64,000 bases of DNA from Bacillus subtilis subsp. subtilis str. 168 (lineage in GTDB: Bacteria > Bacillota > Bacilli > Bacillales > Bacillaceae), in NCBI RefSeq assembly GCF_000009045.1, contig NC_000964.3, forward strand, positions 930,001 to 994,000. The letters run 5' to 3'. The notes under the pieces were generated by a model, which was not told the DNA's origin, did no database searches, and saw only the letters and a list, made by a program, of their open reading frames with translations. A program made the translations under genes and the position numbers. Below, piece after piece: positions 1-11,167 of this stretch; the stretch's first letter is position 1, and each line of letters begins with the position of its first letter.

Positions 1-585
1 ACTGATGAAAAAGCAATTGTCATCGGTCATGACTGGGGAGGAGCTGTCGCATGGCATTTGGCTTCCACACGCCCGGAATATCTTGAAAAACTGATCGCGA
101 TCAATATCCCGCACCCGCACGTCATGAAAACCGTAACGCCGCTTTATCCGCCGCAATGGCTGAAAAGCTCGTATATCGCATACTTCCAGCTGCCCGATAT
201 ACCGGAGGCATCACTAAGGGAAAATGATTATGATACATTAGACAAAGCGATTGGATTATCCGACCGTCCCGCGCTTTTTACATCCGAGGATGTCAGCAGG
301 TACAAAGAAGCGTGGAAGCAGCCGGGCGCGCTGACAGCTATGCTGAACTGGTACAGAGCCCTCAGAAAAGGAAGCTTGGCAGAGAAACCCTCTTACGAAA
401 CAGTACCTTACCGAATGATCTGGGGAATGGAAGACCGCTTTTTGAGCAGAAAGCTTGCGAAAGAGACGGAAAGGCATTGCCCGAATGGACATCTCATCTT
501 TGTTGATGAAGCTTCCCATTGGATTAACCACGAAAAGCCAGCCATCGTCAATCAGCTGATTTTGGAATATCTTAAGAACCAATAA
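1..585 (+). CDS. yfhM: alpha/beta hydrolase (epoxide hydrolase-like), 5'-truncated by the window edge
   Basis: The frame is open from base 1 (TDEKAIVIGHDWGGAVAW, a GHDWGG nucleophile elbow) and has a C-terminal ASHWINHE catalytic His motif; it lies upstream of csbB. Confidence 0.9.
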   Translation, partial: TDEKAIVIGHDWGGAVAWHLASTRPEYLEKLIAINIPHPHVMKTVTPLYPPQWLKSSYIAYFQLPDIPEASLRENDYDTLDKAIGLSDRPALFTSEDVSRYKEAWKQPGALTAMLNWYRALRKGSLAEKPSYETVPYRMIWGMEDRFLSRKLAKETERHCPNGHLIFVDEASHWINHEKPAIVNQLILEYLKNQ

Positions 586-703
586 GCTAAAATTTCTCTC
601 CATCCGTCTGTCATAATGGCAGACTTTTTCTGTGCGTTTTTTTTCATAGTCTGTTTTAAACATGACAAAATAACATTAAAAATCATGAATGTCACCATAA
701 AAT

Positions 704-745
704 TGTAACAAAAAACAGGTTTAAACGACTTTAAAAAAAGGAATA
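704..745 (+). promoter_or_regulatory. overlapping SigX-type and SigB-type promoters of csbB
   Basis: TGTAAC(704-709)-N16-CGAC(726-729) fits the ECF SigX consensus. GTTTAA(719-724)-N15-GGAATA(740-745) fits the SigB consensus. csbB is a known SigB/SigX gene. Confidence 0.7.
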
Positions 746-817
746 GCCTTACTGAAGATTTGTGTAAAACTCCCCTAAGGCAATACTTAAAAAGAATAAT
801 AAAAAGAAGGTGCCTTA

Positions 818-1807
818 ATGAAGCAAGGATTAATCTCGATTATTATCCCGTCTTACAATGAAGGGTATAATGTTAAACTCATTCATGAATCTTTAAAAAA
901 GGAATTTAAAAACATTCATTATGACTATGAAATATTCTTCATAAACGACGGAAGTGTTGATGACACGCTTCAGCAGATCAAAGACTTGGCAGCGACGTGC
1001 AGCCGGGTAAAATATATATCTTTTTCTCGAAACTTTGGAAAAGAAGCCGCAATTTTGGCGGGCTTTGAGCATGTTCAGGGCGAGGCGGTTATTGTCATGG
1101 ATGCCGATCTGCAGCATCCGACATATTTGCTGAAGGAATTTATCAAAGGCTACGAAGAAGGGTATGACCAAGTCATTGCCCAAAGGAACAGAAAAGGGGA
1201 CAGCTTTGTCCGCTCACTCTTATCATCTATGTATTACAAGTTCATTAATAAAGCGGTGGAAGTCGATTTGCGTGACGGTGTCGGTGACTTCAGATTGTTA
1301 AGCCGCCAAGCTGTGAATGCACTTTTGAAGCTGAGCGAAGGAAACCGCTTCTCAAAAGGCCTTTTTTGCTGGATTGGCTTTGATCAGAAAATTGTATTTT
1401 ATGAAAATGTCGAACGAAAAAACGGCACCTCCAAATGGTCGTTCAGCAGTCTGTTTAACTACGGAATGGACGGCGTCGTTTCATTTAATCATAAGCCGCT
1501 GAGATTATGTTTTTATACAGGCATTTTCATCCTGCTGCTTTCCATCATTTATATCATTGCCACATTCGTTAAAATTCTGACTAACGGTATTTCTGTGCCT
1601 GGGTATTTCACCATTATCTCAGCAGTGTTATTTCTCGGCGGAGTACAGCTGTTAAGTCTTGGAATAATAGGTGAATATATCGGCCGAATCTATTATGAAA
1701 CAAAAAAACGCCCGCATTATTTGATCAAAGAGGCGAATATCCCGAACAAAGACCTGCCTGAAACGAACGAATTAAAAAGCATGCGGCGTCTGACAAAAAT
1801 GCACTGA
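818..1807 (+). CDS. csbB: GT2 undecaprenyl-phosphate glycosyltransferase (GtrB-like), LTA glycosylation
   Basis: 329 aa; INDGSVD, SRNFGKEAA and MDADLQHP motifs; two C-terminal TM helices. Confidence 0.95.
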   Translation: MKQGLISIIIPSYNEGYNVKLIHESLKKEFKNIHYDYEIFFINDGSVDDTLQQIKDLAATCSRVKYISFSRNFGKEAAILAGFEHVQGEAVIVMDADLQHPTYLLKEFIKGYEEGYDQVIAQRNRKGDSFVRSLLSSMYYKFINKAVEVDLRDGVGDFRLLSRQAVNALLKLSEGNRFSKGLFCWIGFDQKIVFYENVERKNGTSKWSFSSLFNYGMDGVVSFNHKPLRLCFYTGIFILLLSIIYIIATFVKILTNGISVPGYFTIISAVLFLGGVQLLSLGIIGEYIGRIYYETKKRPHYLIKEANIPNKDLPETNELKSMRRLTKMH

Positions 1808-1878
1808 AAATACCAAGCGCCATTGGCAGTGCTTTTTTTGCGTGTCTATTATCTTAAAAGCAAGACTGGAGAATTCAT

Positions 1879-4464
1879 ATGAAAAGAAAACATATCATGA
1901 TCTATGCGGCCAGTTTGCTGGTGTCCGTTCTGGCACACGCTTTTTTTGTGAAAGAATGGGCGGAAGGCAGGTATATGACAGGTCCGGGTGACGGGCTTGC
2001 GCAAATGATCGTATTTAAAAAATTATTATTTGACCAATATACACACGGGAATTTTTTCTACAATTATTCATTCGGACTTGGCGGCGGCACATTCAGTCAG
2101 CTCGGCTATTATTTTTCTGCGTCTTTTCTTTTTCTTGCTGTGTCTGCCGCTGTTTGGCTGCTTCAAGCCGTCCAGCTGATCGGAGAAACGGATACGCTTT
2201 TTTGGGCAGAGTCAGCTGTTTTTATCAGTATTTTCAAATTGAGCTTGATCATCTTTACGTCCGCTTCTGTTTTTCATTATCTTCTTAAGCACAGGGCGGC
2301 ATCGTTCACGGGAGCCGTGTTATACGGCGTCTCAATTATTTATTTCCGTCACGAAGCGTATTGGGAATTTTTCACCGATACAATGGTTTGGCTTCCGCTG
2401 CTTGTGCTTGGCGCAGAAAAAATTATTAGAGAGCGGCGTCCGGCGTGGTTTATCGTTGCGTGTTCGCTGACGTTAATCAACAATTTTTACTTTGCATACA
2501 TAAACCTTATATTCATCGGAATCTATGTGCTGTTCAGATGGCTGATCCGTTTGGAACCACATGAAGAGAAAAGATGGATTCAAATCAGATTATTTCTCGT
2601 TTCAGGCTTCATTTCTTTTGGCATCAGTGCGGCGGCGTTTGTGCCGGTAGTATACGGTTTTTTAAACAACCTGCGCCCTCCATACAGCCAGAAAATAGAG
2701 TGGCTCAATTTCGATGATAATATCTTATTTTCGAGCCGGATCATCATTGTGCCGGCCGCTTTTCTGCTGTTTTTGTTTATTATTTCTTTTTACAAAAACC
2801 GTGTGTTTCGTCTCTTTGCCGGGTTGAGCCTGCTGTTTATTCTGTTTCATTTCAGTCCGTATGCGGCAAGCGTCTTTAACGGTTTTTCCGCCCCGCAAAA
2901 CCGGTTTGAATATGTTCTGGCCTTTACCATTGCGGGAGCAGCTGCGGCTGGTTTGTCACAGCTGTCTGAATTGAAACGGAAAGAACTGCTCCCGGCCGCA
3001 GCTGTCGTCCTGCTTCTTTACTTGTATCATATCCAAAGGTATAAGCTCGATATATGGAAGCCTGCGAATGAAAGTATTCTATTGCTCTTACTCATGACAA
3101 TCGCAGCCTTGTTTGCTGCAGCTTTTGCGAAAAAACGGGCAAAAATGGCTGTGTACGGTATAATCATTCTTTCTTCGCTGTTTGTCGCCAACTCCTATCA
3201 AAAATACGCGCTCTCAGAAGGCGGCGATTTGGACAGTGTGACAAAAGAATATCTTACAAGTGAGGAATACAGAGGGCGGGAATCATCTGAGCTCATCAGA
3301 CGTTTACAGAAGGAAGACGATGACCCGCTCATGAGAATCGACTGGATGAACGGGGTCCGCAATAATACGCCAATCATTTACGGATTTAATGGCTTCAGCG
3401 CGTATTCCAGCATTTTAAACAAAGATCTGCTGGCCTTCTATTGGAATGATTTAAGCATCGATATGGGCAGGGAAAGCGTCAGCCGTTACGCGTCATTGGG
3501 AGACAGGGCGAATTTATACAGCCTGCTTTACGGCAAATATTATATGACCGAAAAAACAAACGAAGCCAGCGTCCCGTACGGCTTCAAAAAGCATTTAGAA
3601 ACAGAGCATTATGCAGTTTATGAGAATCAGTACATGCTTCCATTCGTTAAAACAGCGGATGCCATATACAGCGAAAGTGAGCTGGACCGATTGCCCGCTC
3701 TTGCGAAAGAACAGGCGATGCTGAAAGGAATTATATTAAAAGATCCATCAGGAAAAACGGAGCAGACACCAAAACCGTCCAATTTGATCACCAAGTCGGA
3801 CATCACCGCAAAACAAGCCCAGTATCAAAACGGGCTGCTAACCGTAACTGGAGAAAACGGAGGAGAGCTGATCATCACCCCGAAACAGCCATCATCCGCT
3901 CCGGGAGACTACTATGTCAGCTTTTATTTGAAAAGCAAAGCAAAAGACAAAGGATTTACATTAAAGGTAAATGATTATGTCACAACAAGGAAATCGAACA
4001 AATCGATCTATAAAACCGGAGTAAATAATATAACGGTAAGAGTGCCTAAATCAGGCCATATCTCAATCAATCTTCCGAAAGGAACCTATGAGCTGAGAAA
4101 CATAGCGCTCTATGAAGAAAATTACCAAACGCTGAAAAACGCTGTAATGCAAAATAAAACAGAGAAAGCAGACAAACTGAATTGGAACAAAAATCGACTG
4201 ACCTTTTCCTATCATCTGTCAAAAGACCAGTACATCATGCTTCCGATCCCATATGAAAAAGGCTGGGAGCTGAAGATCAACGGAAAAACACAGAAGATCG
4301 AAAAAGCGGATTATGCTTTTATAGGCTTCAAGGCGCAAAAGGGAGACAATCACATTGAGCTGACTTACTATCCGCCATACTTCAAAATATCGGCGATCAT
4401 ATCTCTCGTCAGTCTGCTGCTTGCTGTTTTTTATATAAGACGTAAAAAGCCCGGCTCTATATAG
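1879..4464 (+). CDS. yfhO: YfhO-family polytopic GT-C glycosyltransferase (LTA glycosylation)
   Basis: 861 aa with many TM segments, a large extracellular loop and a C-terminal IPYEKGW...YYPP motif; directly downstream of csbB. Confidence 0.92.
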   Translation: MKRKHIMIYAASLLVSVLAHAFFVKEWAEGRYMTGPGDGLAQMIVFKKLLFDQYTHGNFFYNYSFGLGGGTFSQLGYYFSASFLFLAVSAAVWLLQAVQLIGETDTLFWAESAVFISIFKLSLIIFTSASVFHYLLKHRAASFTGAVLYGVSIIYFRHEAYWEFFTDTMVWLPLLVLGAEKIIRERRPAWFIVACSLTLINNFYFAYINLIFIGIYVLFRWLIRLEPHEEKRWIQIRLFLVSGFISFGISAAAFVPVVYGFLNNLRPPYSQKIEWLNFDDNILFSSRIIIVPAAFLLFLFIISFYKNRVFRLFAGLSLLFILFHFSPYAASVFNGFSAPQNRFEYVLAFTIAGAAAAGLSQLSELKRKELLPAAAVVLLLYLYHIQRYKLDIWKPANESILLLLLMTIAALFAAAFAKKRAKMAVYGIIILSSLFVANSYQKYALSEGGDLDSVTKEYLTSEEYRGRESSELIRRLQKEDDDPLMRIDWMNGVRNNTPIIYGFNGFSAYSSILNKDLLAFYWNDLSIDMGRESVSRYASLGDRANLYSLLYGKYYMTEKTNEASVPYGFKKHLETEHYAVYENQYMLPFVKTADAIYSESELDRLPALAKEQAMLKGIILKDPSGKTEQTPKPSNLITKSDITAKQAQYQNGLLTVTGENGGELIITPKQPSSAPGDYYVSFYLKSKAKDKGFTLKVNDYVTTRKSNKSIYKTGVNNITVRVPKSGHISINLPKGTYELRNIALYEENYQTLKNAVMQNKTEKADKLNWNKNRLTFSYHLSKDQYIMLPIPYEKGWELKINGKTQKIEKADYAFIGFKAQKGDNHIELTYYPPYFKISAIISLVSLLLAVFYIRRKKPGSI

Positions 4465-4478
4465 AGCCGAGCTTTAAT
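4446..4478. terminator. bidirectional terminator hairpin embedded in the overlapping ends of yfhO and yfhP
   Basis: AAAGC-C-CGGCTCTAT/ATAGAGCCG-A-GCTTT inverted repeat with T-rich tails on both strands. Confidence 0.6.
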
Positions 4479-5440
4479 TTTTTCTGAAGTTTTTCTTCGC
4501 TGAATATCCATCCCGTATAGGATGAACGAATCGTGAGATCATGGCCGATATGAACAATTGCGACAAACGGATAATGGCCTTTGCTCCGATAACGCAGGTC
4601 GATAAATCTCACCTCATAATGATCTTTAAACGTATCCACTTCCCACCGGTATACCGGAGAAAAGGACAGAAACGCCGCGATGTTATCATCCTGCTTTGCC
4701 GCATGCATTACATCGGTTTCAGGAACAGGCACCCGATTAAATGTATCCAGAATCACGACATGTCCTTCCATGCTTCTTCCTACATAGAAAGCATGTGCTG
4801 TCGTCACTGCGATTCGCCATTGCCTGAATTTCATCGTTGGAGAAATAATAATGCTTTCGATCTCATCATGAATCATCTCATGAAGCTTCCGTTTAATTCT
4901 CAGCTGCATGATCAGGCGCACCAAGTAGTAGCCTACCAATATGATATATAAGCTGAGAAACGTGATGCCGGGACTCCCGCCTGCATACCAAATCGCGATA
5001 GCTGCCAGATGGCTGATAAAAATAAACGGATCAAACGTATTAATCAGCCCGAGCGCAACCCATTTTTTCGAAAACGGACGAATGGCTTGTGTTCCATAGG
5101 CGTTGAATATATCAACAAAGACATGCAGAACGACTGCCAGCAGTGTCCACAGCCACAGGTGCAGAAAATCGGCCTGAGGATAAAATAAATACAGAATCGC
5201 CGGGATGATGACAGACCAAAACAAAACGGCGGGAATTGAATGGGTAAATCCTCTGTGATTCCTTATATAAACAGCATTGTTTTTAAGCTTTAACACAGTA
5301 TCAATATCCGGAGCCTGAGAGCCCGCAAGCGTTGCGATCATAACAGCGTGAGCCATTGCCGGATCTGATCCGACAACAGGATCAAGCGTCGCAATACCGC
5401 CCAGTGCGATGCCCATAACGACATGTGTGCCCGTATCCAT
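4457..5440 (-). CDS. yfhP: membrane-bound metal-dependent hydrolase (YdjM/DUF457-like)
   Basis: 327 aa from the ATG at 5440 (SD AGGAGG); THVVMG, PDID and HRGFTHS motifs. Confidence 0.85.
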   Translation of the reverse strand: MDTGTHVVMGIALGGIATLDPVVGSDPAMAHAVMIATLAGSQAPDIDTVLKLKNNAVYIRNHRGFTHSIPAVLFWSVIIPAILYLFYPQADFLHLWLWTLLAVVLHVFVDIFNAYGTQAIRPFSKKWVALGLINTFDPFIFISHLAAIAIWYAGGSPGITFLSLYIILVGYYLVRLIMQLRIKRKLHEMIHDEIESIIISPTMKFRQWRIAVTTAHAFYVGRSMEGHVVILDTFNRVPVPETDVMHAAKQDDNIAAFLSFSPVYRWEVDTFKDHYEVRFIDLRYRSKGHYPFVAIVHIGHDLTIRSSYTGWIFSEEKLQKKLKLGSI

Positions 5441-5655
5441 AGGTGACCTCCTTGCAGGGTGATCCTGCACATTCACTTTGTAAGAAATTCCCCATTTTCA
5501 TATACCCAATTTTTAAACTGATTCAATCGTTCTCATATGTTTCCGCTTTTTCTTTATTACTATTTAATGTAACATATTATCGTACTGTGCCCTTAGTGTA
5601 CAACAAAAAACAGTCTAAAGAAAAGCGGGGCGCGAAAGACTGGGGAGAAACACAT

Positions 5656-6765
5656 ATGAACGTACTTGAAGACAAATTAAAACAAAAAGACATACAGCAA
5701 TTTCGCGATGATTTAATCTCATGGTTTGAACGAGAGCAGCGCGTTTTGCCGTGGAGAGAGGACCAAGATCCATATAAGGTGTGGGTATCTGAAGTGATGC
5801 TGCAGCAAACGAGAGTAGAGACAGTGATTCCTTACTTTCTCCGGTTTGTAGAACAATTCCCGACAGTGGAAGCGCTCGCTGATGCTGATGAAGAAAAGGT
5901 GCTGAAAGCATGGGAAGGGCTCGGCTATTATTCGCGAGTCAGAAACCTGCAAAGCGCGGTAAAAGAAGTGAAACAGGAATACGGCGGCATTGTTCCTCCA
6001 GACGAGAAAGATTTTGGCGGGTTAAAAGGCGTCGGCCCTTATACAAAGGGAGCGGTGCTCAGCATTGCCTACAATAAACCCATTCCCGCGGTTGACGGAA
6101 ATGTGATGCGTGTCATGTCCAGGATTCTATCTATTTGGGATGATATTGCCAAACCAAAAACAAGAACGATCTTTGAAGACGCCATACGAGCTTTTATTTC
6201 CAAAGAAAAACCATCTGAATTTAATCAGGGCTTGATGGAGCTTGGAGCCTTGATCTGTACGCCAAAATCACCCTCATGCCTGCTTTGCCCGGTTCAGCAG
6301 CATTGCTCAGCATTTGAAGAAGGCACTGAACGGGAGCTTCCGGTAAAAAGCAAAAAGAAAAAGCCCGGGATCAAAACCATGGCCGCGATCGTACTGACTG
6401 ATGAAGACGGACAAGTGTATATCCACAAACGGCCGTCTAAAGGTTTGCTCGCCAACCTGTGGGAATTCCCGAATCTTGAAACACAAAAAGGGATCAAAAC
6501 TGAGCGTGAACAGCTCATTGCTTTCTTAGAAAACGAATATGGCATACAAGCTGATATCAGTGATCTGCAAGGTGTAGTCGAGCATGTTTTCACCCACCTG
6601 GTATGGAATATTTCAGTGTTTTTCGGTAAAGTAAAACAAGTGTCGGATACCAGCAAGCTGAAAAAAGTAACGAAAGAAGAGCTCGAACAATTTGCGTTCC
6701 CGGTGTCACATCAAAAAATCTGGAAGATGGCAGGAGAAGCAGCCGCCATCTCGGCTGCTCCGTAA
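5656..6765 (+). CDS. mutY: A/G-specific adenine DNA glycosylase
   Basis: 369 aa from the ATG at 5656 (SD GGGGAG); [15 protein letters not shown], Hh[14 protein letters not shown] and the Fe-S motif C-X6-C-X2-C-X5-C. Confidence 0.97.
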
Positions 6766-6772
6766 ACCATTC

Positions 6773-6997
6773 TTAATCGTAAGAGACGCGCGTGCCGTGG
6801 CTGTAGTCCGCTTCATTGCGCTTCATTCCGCCGCGCGCTTCAATTTCTTGCGTTAATTCCCGGTATTTTGATTGGCCTTCTTCGTTCAAATAAGGCATAA
6901 TTTGCTGAAAGGCATGATGAAAATAAGCGAGTTCACTGTTCTTCCAATCTTTTTTGGAAACCATGTTCAATTCGCTCATATCACGTCCGACATACAT
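6773..6997 (-). CDS. yfhS: small conserved protein
   Basis: 74-aa ORF with SD AGGGGG; position between mutY and fabL. Confidence 0.8.
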   Translation of the reverse strand: MYVGRDMSELNMVSKKDWKNSELAYFHHAFQQIMPYLNEEGQSKYRELTQEIEARGGMKRNEADYSHGTRVSYD

Positions 6998-7072
6998 AAC
7001 AGAAGACCCCCTTTAAAGTTCTTGCCATTATTGTTTGTGGAAATAAAAGAACTATACGCTACAAGGAGATGA

Positions 7073-7831
<759 letters not shown>

Positions 7832-7847
7832 AAATTTTTAAAAAAGA

Positions 7848-7878
7848 GGAATAGCTATACGATCACCTGCACATTCTA
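7848..7878 (+). promoter_or_regulatory. SigG-type forespore promoter of sspE
   Basis: GGAATA(7848-53)-N18-CATTCTA(7872-78). Confidence 0.7.
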
Positions 7879-7899
7879 ATGACCGTGGAGGTGATAACA

Positions 7900-8154
7900 A
7901 TGGCTAACTCAAATAACTTCAGCAAAACAAACGCTCAACAAGTTAGAAAACAAAACCAACAATCAGCTGCTGGTCAAGGTCAATTTGGCACTGAATTTGC
8001 TAGCGAAACAAACGCTCAGCAAGTCAGAAAACAAAACCAGCAATCAGCTGGACAACAAGGTCAATTCGGCACTGAATTCGCTAGTGAAACTGACGCACAG
8101 CAGGTAAGACAGCAAAACCAATCTGCTGAACAAAACAAACAACAAAACAGCTAA
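7900..8154 (+). CDS. sspE: gamma-type small acid-soluble spore protein
   Basis: 84 aa, MANSNNFSKTNAQQVRKQN...; repeated GTEFASET GPR cleavage motif; SD GGAGGTG. Confidence 0.97.
   Translation: MANSNNFSKTNAQQVRKQNQQSAAGQGQFGTEFASETNAQQVRKQNQQSAGQQGQFGTEFASETDAQQVRQQNQSAEQNKQQNS
7925..8124 (+). repeat. internal 81-bp (27-codon) tandem repeat in sspE, about 2.5 copies
   Basis: The unit TNAQQVRKQNQQSA(A/G)(G/Q)QGQFGTEFASE is repeated at both DNA and protein level. Confidence 0.85.
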
Positions 8155-8166
8155 TCACTGAAACAG

Positions 8167-8203
8167 AAAAAAGCACTTCATCTTCGGGTGGAAGTGCTTT
8201 TTT
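8167..8203 (+). terminator. sspE intrinsic terminator
   Basis: AAAAAAGCACTTC...GAAGTGCTTTTTT hairpin. Confidence 0.85.
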
Positions 8204-8326
8204 CTGTTTGAAAAACGACAAAACTTGTGGAAGGTCTACAGAATGAGTCAAAGGGTTTGCTTTATGGAGATCGAAATGATTAAAGGAGGAAATGTTTATA
8301 CTTTCATCAGGCTGAAGGAGGAACCG

Positions 8327-8587
8327 ATGACCGAATTTGAAAAGCTGGTAAGTGAACAGATGAAAACGATGGATAAGCTTCTCGATCTCCAATCAGAGCT
8401 CGACCGCTGCAAACAAATTGAGGCGGAACTCCGGCATTTGGAAAGGGATGCAAGGCTGCGTGGGATTCAGGCTGAAATTGCGGTAAAACGGAAACACCTT
8501 GCCGATATACAGGATATGTTTCAAAAGCAGACAGAGCAGGTCATTCGTTCATATCGCAGCTCAGAAAAGCCGTCTTCCTTTGTGTAG
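8327..8587 (+). CDS. ygaB: YgaB-family coiled-coil protein (start uncertain: 8243, 8276 or 8327)
   Basis: SD AAGGAGG precedes the ATG at 8327 (MTEFEKLV...); the ORF is open further upstream. Confidence 0.75.
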   Translation: MTEFEKLVSEQMKTMDKLLDLQSELDRCKQIEAELRHLERDARLRGIQAEIAVKRKHLADIQDMFQKQTEQVIRSYRSSEKPSSFV

Positions 8588-8730
8588 TGCAGGAATGTGC
8601 CATTCCCCGGCCGGAATGGCTCTTTTATTTTCATTTTTCAATTTGTAACGTTATAATAGGTAAAAGACGTTGTCGGTAAGCAAATTTGGACATACTAACT
8701 GTAGGGCTTTATAGAAAGTAGGGGAGAAAT

Positions 8731-9261
8731 ATGGGCTATCCCAAGGAAGGAGAAACCATTCAAATTCACAGCTATAAGCACAACGGGCTGATTCATAGAA
8801 TTTGGAATGAGACAACAATCTTAAAAAGTACAGAAATGTGTGTCATCGGAGCCAATGACCGGACGATGGTAACCGAATCAGACGGCCGGACATGGATAAC
8901 CAGAGAGCCCGCAATCTGTTATTTTCACGCAAGACAATGGTTTAATGTCATCGGGATGCTGAGGGAAGACGGGGTTCATTATTATTGCAACATCAGTTCT
9001 CCGTTTGCCTATGATGGCGAAGCAATTAAATATATTGATTATGACTTAGATGTTAAGGTTTTTCCTGACATGACCTACAATATTCTCGATGAAGACGAAT
9101 ATGATGATCATCGGAAAGCCATGAATTATCCAAAAGAAATCGACAGTATTTTAAGAGACTACTTAAATACGCTGCTCCATTGGATTCACCAGCGTCAGGG
9201 ACCGTTTGCGCCCGAGTTTGTCGATATGTGGTATGAACGGTATTTGCGCTATACAAAATAA
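8731..9261 (+). CDS. ygaC: DUF402-family nucleoside tri/diphosphate phosphatase
   Basis: 176 aa; [19 protein letters not shown] and YIDYDLDV motifs. Confidence 0.88.
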   Translation: MGYPKEGETIQIHSYKHNGLIHRIWNETTILKSTEMCVIGANDRTMVTESDGRTWITREPAICYFHARQWFNVIGMLREDGVHYYCNISSPFAYDGEAIKYIDYDLDVKVFPDMTYNILDEDEYDDHRKAMNYPKEIDSILRDYLNTLLHWIHQRQGPFAPEFVDMWYERYLRYTK

Positions 9262-9348
9262 TGGTTACGTAAAAACCTGTTGCGGGGTACAACAGGTTTT
9301 TCACATGGGCTCACACACATCATGATAAAGAGAGAGGGGGAATCAACC

Positions 9349-11091
9349 GTGGGGGTTATGAAACGCTACATGCAATTCGTCAAACCTTATAAGAAGCAAA
9401 TTTTCGTTACAGTGTTAATCGGGATCGTAAAATTCTCCATTCCGCTTGCTCTCCCATTGCTTCTGAAGTACGTAGTTGACGACATTATTCAAGGAGGCGG
9501 CACGGCCAGTGACAAAACCACGTCATTGTTCACGATTATGGCGATCATGTTCGCCTTATTTTTAATTTTGCGCCCGCCTGTTGAATATTACCGGCAATAT
9601 TTTGCCCAGTGGACTGCCAGCAAGGTGCTTTATGATATAAGAGCTAAGCTGTTTGACCATATACAAAAACTGAGCCTTCGTTTTTACGCGAATACAAGAA
9701 CAGGGGAAGTCATTTCCCGAGTGATTAATGATGTAGAACAAACAAAGGATTTCGTCATCACAGGGCTGATGAATATATGGCTCGATATGCTGACGATTTT
9801 GATTGTAATCTCTATCATGCTCACACTGGACGTTAAATTAACGCTGATCTCTATCGTTTTATTCCCATTATACGGAATATCAGTGAAGTATTTTTACGGC
9901 CGTTTACGAAAGCTGACAAGGGAGCGCTCACAGGCTCTTGCTCAAGTGCAGGGGCATTTGCATGAACGCATTCAAGGCATGCCTGTCATCAGAAGCTTTG
10001 CGATAGAAGATCATGAACAGGCTCAATTTAATGAGAAAAACGGTCATTTCTTAGATAAAGCCATCCGCCACACGAATTGGAACGCGAAAACCTTTGCGGT
10101 CGTTAATACCATTACAGATTTGGCGCCGCTCATCGTCATAGCGTGCGCCGGGTATTTTGTCATTAATGGACCGCTGACAGTCGGAACAATGGTCGCGTTT
10201 GTCGGATATATTGACAGAATGTACAACCCTGTTAGAAGGCTGATCAATTCCTCTACAACTTTGACACAGTCAATCGCATCAATGGACAGGGTGTTTGAAT
10301 TTATTGACGAGCCCTATGAACTCACTGACAAACCAAATGCGATAAAGGCCGATCAGATTCGCGGAGGAGTGGAGTTTCAAAACGTTTCGTTTCAATATGA
10401 GAAGGACAAAGAAAATATTCTTCATGATGTATCCTTAAAAGTAAATAGAGGAGAAACTGTAGCTCTCGTCGGCATGAGCGGAGGAGGAAAATCAACGCTC
10501 GTCAGCCTGATCCCAAGATTTTATGATGTAACAAGCGGCAGACTGCTGATTGATGGGACGGATATTCGCGATTATGAAGCAAGAAGCCTTCGCAACCAGG
10601 TTGGTATGGTGCTTCAAGATACCTTTTTATTTAGTGAAACGATTCGGGAAAATATCGCGATCGGCAAGCCTGATGCCACACTTGAAGAGATAATCGAAGC
10701 CGCCAAAGCTGCAAATGCCCATGAATTTATCATGAGTTTTCCAGAAGGATATGAGACCCGGGTGGGGGAACGAGGCGTTAAGCTTTCAGGCGGACAAAAG
10801 CAGCGGATCTCAATTGCGCGGGTATTCCTGAAAAATCCGCCGCTCCTCATTTTAGATGAAGCTACATCAGCTCTGGATTTGGAAAGTGAGCATTACATTC
10901 AAGAAGCGATGGACAAACTGGCGAAGGATAGAACAACTTTTGTTGTCGCCCACCGTTTATCGACAATCACCCATGCGGATAAGATTGTTGTCATGGAAAA
11001 CGGGACAATCATTGAAATCGGAACCCATGATGAACTCATGGACTATGAGAGCCAATACAAGCACTTATTTACCATTCAAAATTTGAACTAA
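9349..11091 (+). CDS. ygaD: Sav1866-like ABC exporter (fused TMD + NBD)
   Basis: 580 aa from the GTG at 9349 (SD GAGGGGG); Walker A GMSGGGKS, signature [15 protein letters not shown]. Confidence 0.93.
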   Translation: MGVMKRYMQFVKPYKKQIFVTVLIGIVKFSIPLALPLLLKYVVDDIIQGGGTASDKTTSLFTIMAIMFALFLILRPPVEYYRQYFAQWTASKVLYDIRAKLFDHIQKLSLRFYANTRTGEVISRVINDVEQTKDFVITGLMNIWLDMLTILIVISIMLTLDVKLTLISIVLFPLYGISVKYFYGRLRKLTRERSQALAQVQGHLHERIQGMPVIRSFAIEDHEQAQFNEKNGHFLDKAIRHTNWNAKTFAVVNTITDLAPLIVIACAGYFVINGPLTVGTMVAFVGYIDRMYNPVRRLINSSTTLTQSIASMDRVFEFIDEPYELTDKPNAIKADQIRGGVEFQNVSFQYEKDKENILHDVSLKVNRGETVALVGMSGGGKSTLVSLIPRFYDVTSGRLLIDGTDIRDYEARSLRNQVGMVLQDTFLFSETIRENIAIGKPDATLEEIIEAAKAANAHEFIMSFPEGYETRVGERGVKLSGGQKQRISIARVFLKNPPLLILDEATSALDLESEHYIQEAMDKLAKDRTTFVVAHRLSTITHADKIVVMENGTIIEIGTHDELMDYESQYKHLFTIQNLN

Positions 11092-11167
11092 AACATCAAT
11101 CTTATATCCTTTTAACGAAGGATATAAGATTTTTTTGTATATAAAAAAACCCGGCTGTTTAACCGGG

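Noticed and set aside
2174-2190. GCTGATCGGA matches in yfhO (about 2175) and yhcO (about 60098)
   Set aside because: They lie in coding sequence and lack the CCGAAGGC hairpin partner and terminator; chance matches to the senS/ssuB leader.
4541-4951. Long antisense or alternate-frame ORFs (e.g. 4541-4951, 39201-39743, 48220-48723, 52282-52704)
   Set aside because: They lie wholly within well-supported genes and have no SD or recognisable domains.
5443-5655. ORF-track N-terminal extensions of mutY, ygaK, prkA, queG, ygaJ, yhbD and cspB
   Set aside because: In each case a good SD precedes a downstream start that matches the known protein length; the extensions cover promoter DNA.
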